Origin: Eledone cirrhosa
Taxonomy: Eukaryota
Assembly: GCA_964016885.1 (NCBI GenBank)
Contig: OZ024750.1
Location: forward strand, 7,502,001 to 7,566,000
Length of the DNA stretch: 64,000 nt
Direction: 5' to 3'
The translations under genes were made by a program, and so were the position numbers. This document shows, piece by piece, positions 1 through 14,644 of this stretch. The stretch's first letter is position 1. The number at the start of each line of letters is the position of its first letter. The notes under the pieces were generated by a model, which searched no databases, was not told the origin of the DNA, and worked only from the letters and a program-made list of their open reading frames with translations.

Positions 1-764
1 ATATATATATAACCGTCATTAGTTATATATAAGCCCTGTGAATAGTTAGTGAAATAGTGGCAGTTTTCTCACGAATATATAATTATATATAGGCGGGATT
101 TGTCACATGAGTACACACGCATTTAAGTGTATGTTTATGAGTGTGTATTGGCGTGTGTCTGTGATGTATTTCGTATCTCAGTATGTGTGTGTGTGTTTGG
201 CATGTGTTATATCTTATATATGTGAATATAAATGCTGTATGCTGTACGCGTGTGTGTGTGTGGGTGTGTGGAGGGTGTGTGTTGCTTAGAGTTTATCTTT
301 ATGTAGATATTTATAATCTCTTTCCAATCACATCGGATCGTACGTGTGAAATGCCTATGGTTATGTGCACAAAATGAAATGTTTTCAGGGACTTCTTTGC
401 ATGTACATATACAAACAAGTACATACACATCCCATATACATATATATACACTCATAGCATTATAAATGTATATATATATTATATATATATTATATATTTA
501 TGCAAATATAATTGTTATTGACCTCGAATCATTTTTCTTTCTACTGATCACCTGGTCCTTTTGTTTTCCCCCTTGAAACCAGTGACGTCAATAAAATGTA
601 AGACAAAATAGTTTTATTTCTGTTCCCCGTGTTCTGTTTTGGAGTTTATTTTTATGTAGAAAATTTGAAAAGCAACGTTGACCGTGATCAACTTTGTTTT
701 TCAAATTTTCGGTGTCGGTAAAATAATGGACCAGTCCAGTGAGATGGATTGGCAGAAATATATA

Positions 765-907
765 TATATTCAAAATAGGGAGCACACAGGGCAAAGACAA
801 AAAACAAAACAAAACAACAACGGAAAGACAGACAGTCCCATATCCTCAGTCAGCCTCTGGAAATAACTACGGTTTCGGTATTTGTAAAGTCGATACTTTT
901 CATTCCA
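765..907 (-). mobile_element. 3' end of a TA-associated repeat; possible decayed HHR 3' half (GAAA-ccgtag-TT)
   Basis: Homologous to 40905-41010 (attcaaaatagg..cacacagg..cctcagtca.cctct.gaaataactac.gtttc); abuts a short TA run; no clean CUGANGA. Confidence 0.45.
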
Positions 908-1484
908 GTCCGCATTAGCTAATTATATATATAGTAGTTAGTATCATCCAGCCAACAAATTCTGTTCAGTATCTGTTAATTCAACTTTAGAACTAATTTG
1001 CTTCTAGAATATTCCCTAATATCTACTGTCAACAAAATAATCCACTTATGTTTTGTACTTAACAAACTGATTTACATTCTCTAAAACCATTCACACTGGC
1101 CCTTTCACAATTTCATAGATTCCTAACAGATACCCACGCAATATTTCCATCTGGAATGCCAGCAGGTCAGTTTTAACCAGCTAAAGCTCATATCTCAATT
1201 TACCAATGTCGTTTGTCATTTTTGAGAGCGTGCTAACACTATAGTGTTAAGTCACACTGGAACATACTATGCATTGATATTAACATAAAGGCATGTTTGA
1301 TTGTAAATCATCACGCAAACTAAGAATATTTCATTTTAAGCTTGATTGGAAATTATTGCACGGTTTATCCGTCTATCTATACACATTATACATGCATAAA
1401 TACATACATACATACAATACATACCTGTTTGTCTACCTACCTACCTATCTTACTTCCTATCTACCTACATATATACTTATATAG

Positions 1485-1487
<3 letters not shown>

Positions 1488-1575
<88 letters not shown>

Positions 1576-1644
1576 CATACATATATGGTTATATACATAT
1601 GTATAATAAAATATCAAGTACACGTGTGTGTATTAACAATCTAA

Positions 1645-1731
<87 letters not shown>
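1488..1731. repeat. (CA)n, (CT)n and (TA)n microsatellites
   Basis: Directly visible. Confidence 0.97.
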
Positions 1732-1734
<3 letters not shown>

Positions 1735-1795
1735 AGAAAACACAGGTAAGCATTAAGAGAAGGATTTTAGCCAGGTATTTACGAGCGTTTCGCTG
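1732..1795 (-). mobile_element. HHR 3' half (GAAA-cgctcg-TA) plus tail ending at (TA)n
   Basis: Minus strand reads ccagcGAAAcgctcgTAaatacc...ttttctctta-(TA)n; CUGANGA half not found. Confidence 0.45.
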
Positions 1796-2147
1796 GTAAG
1801 TGCAACCTTATAACCTCATACCACAGCCCATCCCACTAAATAACCTTAACCACCACCATATCATCACATCCACCCCCACATACTCTACACGCCAAGGCCA
1901 ACCCACCACCACCACACCACAGCCCACCTCATCCACAGACCGTCACCAACATCTCACCATCACACCCACCCCCATATACACAACAGGCCAGTACATCGCC
2001 TTGATCCTTCTCTCCCCCCCCCCATCTCTTCACACACAGGCACACATACATATAATTTTCTTAACTATAATTTGTACTGATCGATAACCAATAGGATCAT
2101 TTGCGAAAGGATTCACGATTTCGGCTTGTGTTTTCAGAGTGAACCCA

Positions 2148-2281
2148 CAAACCGAAACCGCTTGGCACCGCGTTCGGTATTTTACCTATCTCTCTATACC
2201 CACCCTGCATCTCCCTATGTATTGAGTACTCCAATGATTAGTAGTCTCCCCGGTCTCAACACCGCAGACGTCCTATCTTTC
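2148..2281 (+). mobile_element. Diverged relative of family B tail (HHR 3' half plus GTATTGAGTACT motif)
   Basis: accGAAAccgc..gcgttc, then ctccctatGTATTGAGTACT (2219-2230); resembles 15990-16124 and 43452-43590. Confidence 0.45.
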
Positions 2282-2311
2282 TCTCTCTGTCTCTCTCTCT
2301 CTCTATATATG

Positions 2312-2401
<90 letters not shown>

Positions 2402-2755
2402 CATGATGGCTGCCCCCTCGTTATCAAGTATGACCATTGCACGTTATACCATTATTAATAATTATTAATTAATTCTATCGTGCAATGCCTGTGCGCGAAG
2501 ATATTTTTTAAAGTGAGGAAAGACTGTGCACTGAGCCAATCCCAGTCTCTGAGCGACAGTAGCTAAAACCCGAAAAGAAGAAACGATCAACATCATCGGT
2601 AACTACTGAACCGCAGGTTTTATATCGGAGTTATCCCAGTTTCCTGAGTTGCCTTCTCCTAGAAGAATGCCCTGAGAAAGGCTAGGGGTCCTTCACTCCC
2701 AGTGGTTTAACTGCGCGATCGGATGTCCAGCGCGACTTTTTCTATGTCCCCGCGC
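2402..2755 (-). mobile_element. Bipartite non-autonomous RTE-derived element (5'UTR-like part joined to 3' end)
   Basis: Colinear with 44280-44775: gacccctagcctt..ctaggagaagg..aactc.gatata, gatgatgttga..ttcttctttt.ggt, gagactgggattggct, and 3' end aacgag..ggcagcca.catg. Confidence 0.65.
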
Positions 2756-2869
2756 ATATATGTACACATGCATACATGTATATACACATATACATGTACA
2801 TACATATGTACATGTGCATATACATATTTACACACTTTTATATACATACATACAAACATACATACATAC

Positions 2870-2906
<37 letters not shown>

Positions 2907-3462
2907 TGTATGTGTGTATATTTGTATGTATGTTTGTATGTATGTATATAAAAGTGTGTAAATATGTATATACACATGTACATATGTATGTACATGTATA
3001 TGTGTATATACATGTATGCATGTGTACATATATGCGTAAAGTGTAAATGTGTATATACACATGTACATATGTATATGTATATGTGTATATACATGTATGC
3101 ATGTGTACATATATGCGTAAAGTGTAAATGTGTATATGCACATGTACATATGTATATGTATATGTGTATATACATGTATGCATGTGTACATATATGCGTA
3201 AAGTGTAAATGTGTATATACACATGTACATATGTATATGTATATGTGTATATACATGTATGCATGTGTACATATATGCGCGGGGACATAGAAAAAGTCGG
3301 CCTGGACACCCGATCGCGCAGTTAAACCACTGGGAGTGAAGGACCCCTAGCCTTTGTCAGGGCATTCTTCTAGGAGAAGGCAACTCAGGAAACTGGGATA
3401 ACTCCGATATAAAACCTGCGGCTCAGTAGTTACCGATGATGTTGATCTTTTCTTCTTTTCGG

Positions 3463-3463
<1 letters not shown>
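2566..3463. repeat. Large inverted duplication centred on a (TA)n tract; right arm expanded by three 81-bp tandem units (3037-3279)
   Basis: 2566-2860 is the reverse complement of 2925-3036 plus 3279-3463, with a few substitutions. Confidence 0.92.
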
Positions 3464-3507
<44 letters not shown>

Positions 3508-3834
3508 GTTGTAGTTTGCTTGAAGCATTGTGGAATAAGAAATACAAATATAAATGGGAAATAAGTTTAGCTATTTGTAAGCCCGACAATGCGTGTGAGA
3601 TATAATTGCCAAGGTAATAAGGATTAGAGAAAATGGGAAAAAAGAACTGAGATATAAGAGTGACAACGATAGAAAGTTACCTTAACAATTTTAATGATTC
3701 CAAATATTTTCAGATTTATCATCCATTATCAAGTAGAGTCCGTGAGGAGAAGTGGTCAGAGAGCAGCCTTAGAAATGCCCTGGGTGGCTATATATATATA
3801 CAGTATATATATATACAGTATATATATATATACA

Positions 3835-3875
<41 letters not shown>

Positions 3876-3981
3876 AATAAACACACACACACACACATAT
3901 ATATATATCTATATATATATATGCAGAAATATATATATATATGTAAAAGAAATCAAAGAACGCCTACATACTCATACAATT

Positions 3982-4041
3982 TTTATTTGCTGACAATGTT
4001 TCATCCATACCATGGGGTAGGATTCATCAGAGCTATATAAA
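3982..4041 (-). ncRNA. Minimal type-I hammerhead ribozyme (intact core, GUC cleavage triplet)
   Basis: Minus strand: gct CTGATGA ATCC[taccccatggtat]GGAT GAAA cattg TC agc; stem I gct/agc plus bulged extension; tail runs into (TA)n at about 3943. Confidence 0.85.
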
Positions 4042-4265
4042 CAAAAATACAGTGCTGAGTATAAGCTCTACCAAGCTTAGTCACATGAACATTAGAAATA
4101 CAATAGAGAGTAACAAGAGGGAGATCGGAAATGGCGAGAATGAAGAGAGTGCATAGTGGGGTGTTATTCAGAACTAGAGCTATATGCTAGGGAACAGGCA
4201 GATTTTTTCACAAGATGCAGAAGCACGTGAGGGCATTCATAAGCAAAAAGTATATAACAATATAT

Positions 4266-4320
<55 letters not shown>

Positions 4321-4324
<4 letters not shown>

Positions 4325-4511
4325 GAAAAGAAATCGAAAATGCTGCCGGAGTCTTTTAAGAATATTTATTTATTTACTTTACCGGTTTCACAGTTACTCT
4401 TTTACTCTTTTACCTGTTCTAGCCATCCGACTGAGGCCATGCTGGGGCACCGCCGTTAAGTTCTTATACTTTTTAAAATTGAGATAGAGGGTTCGTGTTT
4501 CCGCTGTGGTT

Positions 4512-4512
<1 letters not shown>
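4321..4512 (-). mobile_element. HHR family C copy (3' half GAAA-ccgg-TA intact) interrupted by a SINE fragment at about 4394-4455
   Basis: Homologous to 16445-16570 and 37763-37914; flanked by (TA)n on both sides. Confidence 0.75.
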
Positions 4513-4558
<46 letters not shown>

Positions 4559-4774
4559 TCAGCGAGAATCGTATTTCGGCTGGTAGAAAAAGCGAAACGA
4601 AACGCAAAATCGTAGAAATGCTGGCAAGCGCTCCAATAGTTAAGAAAACTAGAGCTAAACAATATGTTAAAACGCCATACAAACTGAAAAAGTGGTCAAG
4701 AAGGCATTAACCACCTAACCCCAAAAAAACAAATCAAGCTAAACCGGCCAAACAAAATAAATGTTGTATATTCA

Positions 4775-5635
4775 AATTGAGGTTCCTCCGAAAAGCCTTT
4801 GGCGTAACGTTATTCGACAGAGTGCGTAGCTCGGAGATCAGAGAGTCACTTCAGGTAGAGCCGTTACTTCTCCGAATTAGAGATCACAGGTCCGATACTA
4901 TGGGTATGTGGTTAGAATGTCTCAGGAAAGAATCGCTGGAGAGATTTGTAGCTCAGAGATCAGATAGTCATTCCAGGTAGAGCCGCTACTTCTCCGAATT
5001 AGAGATCACAGGTCCGATACTATGGGTATGTGGTTAGAATATCTCAGGAAAGAATCGCTGGAGAGATTTGTAGCTCAGAGATCAGATAGTCATTCCAGGT
5101 AGAGCCGCTACTTCTCCGAATTAGAGATCACAGGTCCGATACTATGGGTATGTGGTTAGAATATCTCAGGAAAGAATCGCTGGAGAGATTTGTAGCTCAG
5201 AGATCAGATAGTCACTCCAGGTAGAGCCGTTACTTCTCCGAATTGAGAGATCACAGGTCCGATACTATGGGTATGTGGTTAGAATGTCCCAGGAAATAAT
5301 TGCTGGAGAGATTTGTAGCTCAGAGATCAGAGAGTCACTTCAGGTAGAGCCGCTACTTCTCCTAATTGTGAGATCACAGCTCCGGTCATGGAGATAGAAT
5401 GTCTGAGGGAAGAATTGCTGAACAAATCTTACAGACAAAACCACCCGGAAGGATCCTCAGGAGTAGACCCCGAGCAAGATGGTTGGAGAACATCCATGAG
5501 CTTGACTGGTCTCGCTTGTGGATTCAGCCGGATCAGTTGGAGCTTCTGACAGAACCCGCTGGAAGGAGTGTTTGAGGACTCTACCCCCTCCCTATGAACC
5601 TCTCAGGAATAAGTGGGAGAGGAAGAAGAAGAAGT
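4775..5635 (+). mobile_element. RTE-clade LINE 3' fragment with five tandem copies of a 122-123 bp unit
   Basis: Translation LRFLRKAFGVTLFDRVRSSEIRESLQVEPLLLRI and later RPRARWLENI; units start at 4826, 4948, 5070, 5192 and 5315; (GAA)n tail. Confidence 0.85.
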
Positions 5636-8559
5636 ATATTCAAAAATTGAAAACCAGTCTCAGTGGTCTTTGTAAATGTTCAACTTTTCTAGAATGACGA
5701 CTCCCCCACAAAATATAGTTCAGATGACAACTGAAATACATGTAGGAAAACAATTTTCTATGTGAAATATGATAGCAAATAGGACAGAATATCCATCTGC
5801 ACGTTAGATCAATATGTGGATTCCATTCTTAGAAATTTAAAATATTCAACATATTTTATTCTGCTGCTGTTAAATTCAATCTGAGGGACTGAGTTCAGGG
5901 AAATATATGTCAGAAGATGATGAAAGAGCGTATAAATATGTTTTGAAACGGCATGTTAAAGTTTATTATTTTCTCCTACATAACTTGATACATAGAGAAG
6001 AAGTTCGTTGATTTTACTGGTGGAAATATTTTCTTTTGTTCAGCACTTAAACCTCTGAAGAAAAAGTCAGTAACTTGTTGAAAAACAAATTACTTTGAAG
6101 TCACGTTTAGTCACATGCATTATACATAGACAATAATAATGGAAATTATTGTGTACAGTGTTCAGGTGTAGTACATATATGTATCCACGTGTCTATGTGT
6201 GTGTGTATGTATGTGTGTGTGAATGTATGTGTGCGTGCGTGTGTGTTTGTTTGTTTATTTGTTTGTGCATATGTGTTTGGGAGTGTATGTCTGCGTTTGT
6301 GTGTTTGTGCGTGTGTTTGGGGTATGTACGTGTGTTTGTATGTGTACGTGTGCGTGTGTTTGGGTGTGTACGTGTGTTTGTATGTGTACGTGTGCGTTTG
6401 TGTGTATGTGTGTGCGTGTGTGTGTGTAATTACGTTATACAAACACACAGGGTACTAAATTCAATTACACTAAAGAAAGCTGAATGTTAGAAAGAAAATC
6501 CTCTTCTAGCAACTTCCTCAAATCCTGGTGTGTATGTATGTATGCATGTATGTACATATGTACGTACGTATGTATGTATGTATGTATGTATGTATGTATG
6601 TATGTATGTATGTATGTATGTATGTATGTATGTATGTATGTATGTACCTACGTACGTATGTATGTAAGTATGTATGTATGTATGTATATAAACAATGGGT
6701 GTGGTTTAGTGGGTTATTATTTGAAGCTAACACCTCTACTTAGTATGATTTCTTCATCAATTCTCTATACGAGATCTCTACACATACGTGATCTCTATAC
6801 GAGATCTCTATAGAAATACAACATCCGATCAAAAAGTTGCCATTTTGAATTAACATTAACAAATACCTTTCAAATATTTCCACTGATCGAGCAATATATG
6901 GTCTGAATAAGCTGAAAACATTTTCAATACTTTTAAACGACCACATCTATTGAATATTTGAAGTAGTTTTTAATTTAATTTATTCAGATTGATTCAATAA
7001 CAGTAGATATGCAATTGAAACTAGATGAATATTACGAAAATCTTTAACATATTATCATGTTGCTTTTACAAGAATACTGTAACTTCTTTCAAGCTTTTAG
7101 TTGAAGATTCAGAGGAGTAAATTTAGTTATCGTCTGCTTTCTGTTTATACTTTTATATAAACGTTCAAACAACAATTGTGTGGAACCTATTGAAACGCTT
7201 CCTTATTTCGACATTGCTTTATTCAATGTTGAGATGACAGAGGGCTTATCATCGGGTGGTCTTAATGTATAGTATACTTATCACCCTATTGTGGATATAT
7301 CAGGCATTAAATCCACTTACACACGGCGAGAAAATGGCTGAGTTGTTAGAATGTAGGGCAAAATGACTTGTGGTATTTATCAGTCTCTCAAATCTCAGTT
7401 CAAATTCCACCTGCGGTGAACTTTCATTTTTCTCATAATGTTTGGAAACTCGTCTGATGTCCTGCAAATCTAATTCAAAGGGCCAGTCCTTTTTATACCC
7501 TGTGGTATGCCGAATTTCCTTGGAAGCCCGTCTGATGTCCTGCACTTCTAATTCATAAGGCATGAAATCGTCTCGAATCTACGATAAATGATACTTGCCC
7601 AAGATTCCACACAATGGCGCCAAACCCGGGACTTAATGATTGCAAACATTAAACATTTAGTGATGTTGCGTCTAGTTTCATTATATAATCACAATACTCC
7701 GGAGCTCTACTAATTCTGCCAACTACGACTATATTCTCTTATATAATTACAATGCTTTTAATTCCCAATATAGAAACCTTAAGAGCTGCTGTTTTTTCCT
7801 GTGTTAATAGTTGAATACAAAGTAAACAAAAGGAGTGGTTAGGGTTAACATATTCGATAGAGAAGCATTACAATAAACTAACCAGAAATCAATATTCGAG
7901 AGAGGGAAAAACGTATCAGTCAATGAACAATATTATTTTAGAGTGGTGAATAAGTAGAGGGGATTTAGTGTCAGATAATAGTGAATAAGGTATTGCGACT
8001 GAGGGAAATGGCAAACATTTTAATGAATCAATATCTTCAAGAGGAAGCCAAAGGAACTGCAGATGGTGAGGTAGACTTGTCAAGACATGGTTCAGGAATT
8101 TAGAGGAGGACCTGGCAGATATATCTCAGTTATTATTCTAACATAAATATTTTGATTTGATGTTCATAAAACACAATTAATAGTAAGATTTTAAAAGAGT
8201 GAGAATAAAAAGGCTTGAGGGCGGCAATCTCTACCCTCATTGCTGGGTAGCTATCTTAGCTGTAATCCTTGGTTGGACAAGATGATGAAAACAATGCCGT
8301 GAACACCAGTCAGCCAGCGATATCCGCTACATCAGCTATTCAGATTAATGTAAGAGAAGAATTAAGCCGCTTCTTATCAGAAATACACTGAGAGTGATCA
8401 AAGTATTTATGGCGTCCGAATGAAAGACAACTCAATGTTCTTCCATATCGTTGAATTAATCCTCGCTAGAATTATTCCATTCACATCGTTCATAAATATA
8501 AAAGTGTTGACAATTAAATGGTTCAACAGTAATAGTGGAATAGAGTGGAATAATGGCAT

Positions 8560-8584
8560 AAGAGAATAACTAATAATAATAAAA

Positions 8585-8615
<31 letters not shown>

Positions 8616-9166
8616 TGATTTCTTTATTAACCACAAGGGTTTACATAAAGTAGACATTAAGGACAGTGCAGGACAATGCAGGACGGTACAAATGGGCATT
8701 TCTGCGTGTAAAAAACAAAAAAAAAAAACAGAGGATGTAATAATAGAACAATGAAAAATTCTCCAATAAGGGGGAGACTTCCGAGGGCCATCGTGGAGAA
8801 AGCCCATTAAAAAAAGCCACGGAGACCCTGACCACCAGGGCAATTGTCCTCTCCCAGTTTTCCACCTACAATTTACAGGCATATACTCAGAGTAGGCCCC
8901 TTCACTCGGGCCATTCTTGCCTCTCTCACCCATCTTTCAACAAAAAGCTGGGAAGAGAGCACCTCCCCCTCTACCCTGATTTTCCTTTTCAAATGAAATT
9001 GGAAAAAGTTAATCAGGGCATCACCGAAGAGGTAAGGGCTCGTCTTCAGCCCTTTCAGACGCGTCCACCATACTATCTCTTTCGCCATGGCCACCAGACA
9101 GATAAAAACTGCCTGCCCTTCCCGGCTAAAGGAAGAGGGCGGGGCAATTCTCACGATGGACTCAGC
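8560..9166 (-). mobile_element. Tx1/L1-like LINE 3' fragment (ORF2 C-terminus, 3'UTR and (ATT)n tail)
   Basis: ORF 8873-9154 FICLVAMAKEIVWWTR...FVERWV resembles Tx1/L1 C-termini; related pieces at 20240-20432 and 32826-33525. Confidence 0.7.
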
Positions 9167-9383
9167 TAATAATTGTTTCTACTTTTGGCACAAGGCCAGC
9201 AATTACCCAGTGCATTACTGGTACTTTATTTTATCGACCCCGTAAGGATGAAAGGCAAAGTTAACCTCGGCGGGATTAACTTTGCCTTTCATCCTTCCGG
9301 GGTCGATAAAATAAAGTACCAGTAATGCACTGGGTAATTGCTGGCCTTGTGCCAAAAGTATAATAATAATAATAATAATAATA
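9167..9383. mobile_element. Head-to-head pair of SINE 3' halves forming a palindrome (arms 9180-9264 and 9276-9360)
   Basis: Arms are near-perfect reverse complements; 11-nt spacer cctcggcggga. Confidence 0.92.
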
Positions 9384-9846
9384 GTAAATTTGATGATGAT
9401 AATAAACATAATCAGTTGGGTGATAAATATAGTGTGTTGTTATATTTACTACAGAGTCTCTTGGAGTGGTTCATTATCAGTAAGAACAATGCTTACATAG
9501 AGAGAGAGGCGGGAAGAGAGAGGGGGAGAGAGAGGGGGAAGAGAGAGGGGAAGATAGAGGGGGAAGAGAGAGGGAGAGAGAGAGAGAGAGGAGAGGAGAA
9601 GACGGGGGAAGAGAGAGAGAGAGATAGAAGAGGGGAGAGAGAGAGAAGAGGAAGAGAGAGTGCGTGACACACACACACTACACACACATACACACACATA
9701 TATATATACATATATACATAAATTTATGGTATCGTCGATTTAAGAATCTCGTTAAGCCAGAGACGAAAGATTAACTAAATAATATTACATCATCGATTAA
9801 TCACATGATGGCAGATAATGAATTGATTTGTCTCTAGATGAGGTGT

Positions 9847-10050
9847 AGAGGTGCGTGGCCTAGTGGTAAGGGTTTTGGTTATATCATCATAATGTCGTGT
9901 GTTCGATTTCTGGACTGGGTTGTGTGTTGTGTTCTTGAGCAAAACACTTCATTTCACTTTGCTCCAGTATATTCAGCTAAAACAAAAAAAATTAATATCA
10001 GCAATAACTGGGGAATTAACCCTGTGATGGACTGGCGTCCTTTCCAGTCT
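9847..10050 (+). mobile_element. Older tRNA-derived SINE (Meta-like body)
   Basis: A box tggcctagtgg, B box gttcgatttc, body ccctgtgatggactggcgtcc. Confidence 0.7.
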
Positions 10051-10277
10051 GACTAGGGTTTTGCATTGAGACAGACTTTAGATTTTTAGACTAGATAAGG
10101 TCCAGGTTGTTGTGAGGAGCAGGTTTATGATGATGATGGTGATGATCCTGATAATGATGACGATGATGATGAAGGCTAGTAATTTTTTGGGGTGGGGTGG
10201 GGTAGGGGGCTGGGGCGCTGTATAAATCTATTATATTGAGACCAGCATTTGATTGGTATTATGTTTTATCAGCCCAG

Positions 10278-10378
10278 GCCGGTGGATTGGCAGTATCGGT
10301 AGAGGGTCGGACGCCATGCTTTGAGGCATAGAGTTACGGCCCTTGCCATTCGGAGTTCAAATCCCGCCGAGGTTAACA
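10278..10378 (+). mobile_element. Young tRNA-SINE, 5' half
   Basis: A box tggcagtatcgg, B box gagttcaaatcc. Confidence 0.9.
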
Positions 10379-10380
10379 TT

Positions 10381-10638
10381 ATACTCCAGAAATCTGTCGA
10401 GTGCTTCGAATCAGTTATAAATATATATATTTGTTGAATTACCAACAAATTAAATATCCCTTTTGCTTATATATATATATATATATAAGCAAAAGGGATA
10501 TTTAATTTGTTGGTAATTCAACAAATATATATATTTATAACCGTGTGTGTGTGTATATATATATATAAATGAAAGGTATCGAATCAATTATAAATATATA
10601 TATTTGTTGAATTACCAACAAATTAAATATCCCTTTTG

Positions 10639-10682
<44 letters not shown>

Positions 10683-10757
10683 AACAAAAGGGATATTTAA
10701 TTTGTTGGTAATTCAACAAATATATATATTTATAACTGATTCGATACCTTTCATTTA
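10381..10757. repeat. Four alternately oriented copies of an HHR-element 3' tail separated by (TA)n
   Basis: Copies at 10381-10468(+), 10487-10541(-), 10568-10641(+) and 10681-10757(-); homologous to the 42942-43030 tail of the 43267 HHR element. Confidence 0.85.
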
Positions 10758-11511
10758 TATATATATATATACATACACGCACACACACACATATATATAT
10801 ATACACACACACACAGACACGTACACACACACACACACACACGCATATATGTATATACATATATATAACTTGGTATAAGTGTCTACATAAATTTCGAAAC
10901 TTCTCATGTTCCTGAGCATCTATCCATAAATAACAGGTTTAAGAAAACCGTCCTTTCCAGTCGAATCAGTCATACATCCTTTGACCAGTCTTACTCACAG
11001 CAAGACACCAATCATTAGAAATAAGCTTACAGCAATTCACCGATGTATCAGATTCTAATATATTGAGACAGAACTACAAATACAAATATCGAAATAATAA
11101 AAGCCAAGCTATATAAATAGACGTACATTCGAGAATATTCGAGAGTAATGCTACCTGAGTGAGACAATCAACATGGCTAAATAAATTAGGGTTATATAAC
11201 ATAATAATCGCTTTATTTATTGAGCAATAATGATCACGTCGCCCACACCGAAACAATTCTGGAAACAGAAATATAAGATGTGTTTGTTGTTGTTGTTGTT
11301 GTTATTGTTGTTATTGTTTAGCTCCAGATCACTCCCTGATCAAACAGATATATTGTGAAAGACATTGCCTTTCTATGTATATATAAAGTCTAGAATGTTT
11401 GTTAAGTCAGTAGGGTGTGATTGTAAGCTATTTGCTTGCTATGCTATAAACACATACACGCACGGCCATATATATATATATATATATATATAATTATTTC
11501 ATATATAATAT

Positions 11512-12689
<1,178 letters not shown>

Positions 12690-13080
12690 AAGGAGAGGTG
12701 CCATTAACGCCCCAACATTTGTAGTTTCAATCAGAAACAACATTCACTACTGAAAGTCATTATGTGAATTGTTGTGGAAATTCCAACTATCTACTTATCA
12801 TTTAGTTGTCTATACATTTATTACCATTATTAGCACCGTCATATTCCTTATTACTATTACTATTATTACAGTTGCATTTATCTTGCTTTATCTTCATACG
12901 AGTTATCACTAAGTCACAACCAGTGACCTCAAGAGACAACAAGGTCCGCCATGTTCAAGAAAGAACATACATACACACACAGATGCATCTTTAGGTCTTT
13001 AGACTTGACAGAATCTTCCTTAGTTATTATTATTGTCGGCCCTTGTGGCTAATAAATGAAATCATTATTATTATTATTAC

Positions 13081-13114
<34 letters not shown>

Positions 13115-13470
13115 GTTCTTTGAGTCTCAGTCATTGATGTTATTTAACTGGAAAGTTTGTTGAAATGAATATCAAGCCACACTACCTGCAGCCTCAGATA
13201 TTCAGGACGTATCGGAGGGTTGTTGCTGTTCCCAGCAAGCATGCCTTTTGAAGTGTTCCAAAAAGCGGGCGGGACCAATTTTCTTTAACCATCCTTGGAA
13301 ACTTTTTGAGATAGTACCTAGTGCGCCTATGACAATCGGGACCACTTTGATTTCATAGCAGTTCCAAACCCTTTTTAACCCCCACTCTAAGTCCTGGTAT
13401 CGGTTCATTTTCTCCCTCTCCTTCTCTTGCTCTCTTGTGTCGAATGGGCAGGCTACATCTACAATCAGGT
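13115..13470 (-). mobile_element. R4/Dong-clade non-LTR retrotransposon 3' fragment (restriction-like endonuclease domain) in (TAA)n
   Basis: LIVDVACPFDTREQEKEREKMNRYQDL..RVW..VVPIVIGALG, then frameshifted LQKACLLGTATTLRYVLNI*; (ATT)n on both sides. Confidence 0.88.
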
Positions 13471-13497
13471 ATTATTATTATTATTATTATTATTGTT

Positions 13498-13596
13498 GCC
13501 GAGGTTAACTTTGCCTTTCATCCTTACGGGGTCGATACAATAAAGTACCAGTAATACACTGAGATAATTGCTGGCCTTGTGCCAAAAGTAGAAACA

Positions 13597-13636
<40 letters not shown>
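13498..13636 (+). mobile_element. Young SINE, 3' half with (ATT)n tail
   Basis: Nin-like core gcctttcatccttacggggtcgata.aataaagtaccag. Confidence 0.9.
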
Positions 13637-13809
13637 GTATTGTTATTGCTGTTGTTGTTGTTGTTGTTTTTAGATTATGACTGTTACTGCCGTCCAATAA
13701 AATATAAACGAACTGACTGATTCCCTAGTTTATGCTTCATTTAATGTACATGAATAAATACACGTACAAACACACCACACACGTCCATTCTATTACACAC
13801 TCTGTACAC

Positions 13810-14345
<536 letters not shown>

Positions 14346-14644
14346 GTGTGTGTGTTTATATATATGTGTCTACGTACACATCACATGACATAATAATATA
14401 CATACATGCAGCAAACATCAACGCAGCCATTTAGGGGTGAACCTGACATAACGAAGGTTTGTATTTTCATGAATGTAAAATAAAATGAAATAAACTTATT
14501 TGTCATCACATTAATGTAAACAACGATAAAACCGACAATAACAATAATAAAAAACAGCGACAATAATAACAATCACGTTGATGATGATGATGATGATGCT
14601 GGTGATGATGATGATGATAATATTGATAATAATCCCTAATGATC

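Noticed and set aside
3325-3410. HHR-like reading of the 2566-3463 arms
   Set aside because: Better explained as an RTE 5'UTR-like block shared with 44370-44480
6055-6095. CTGAAGA-stem-GAAA
   Set aside because: No stem I or credible stem III
10879-11008. Possible long-stem-II HHR on minus (gtgtc TTGCTGT ga...tc GAAA tttatg TA gacac)
   Set aside because: Three core mismatches; too degenerate to call
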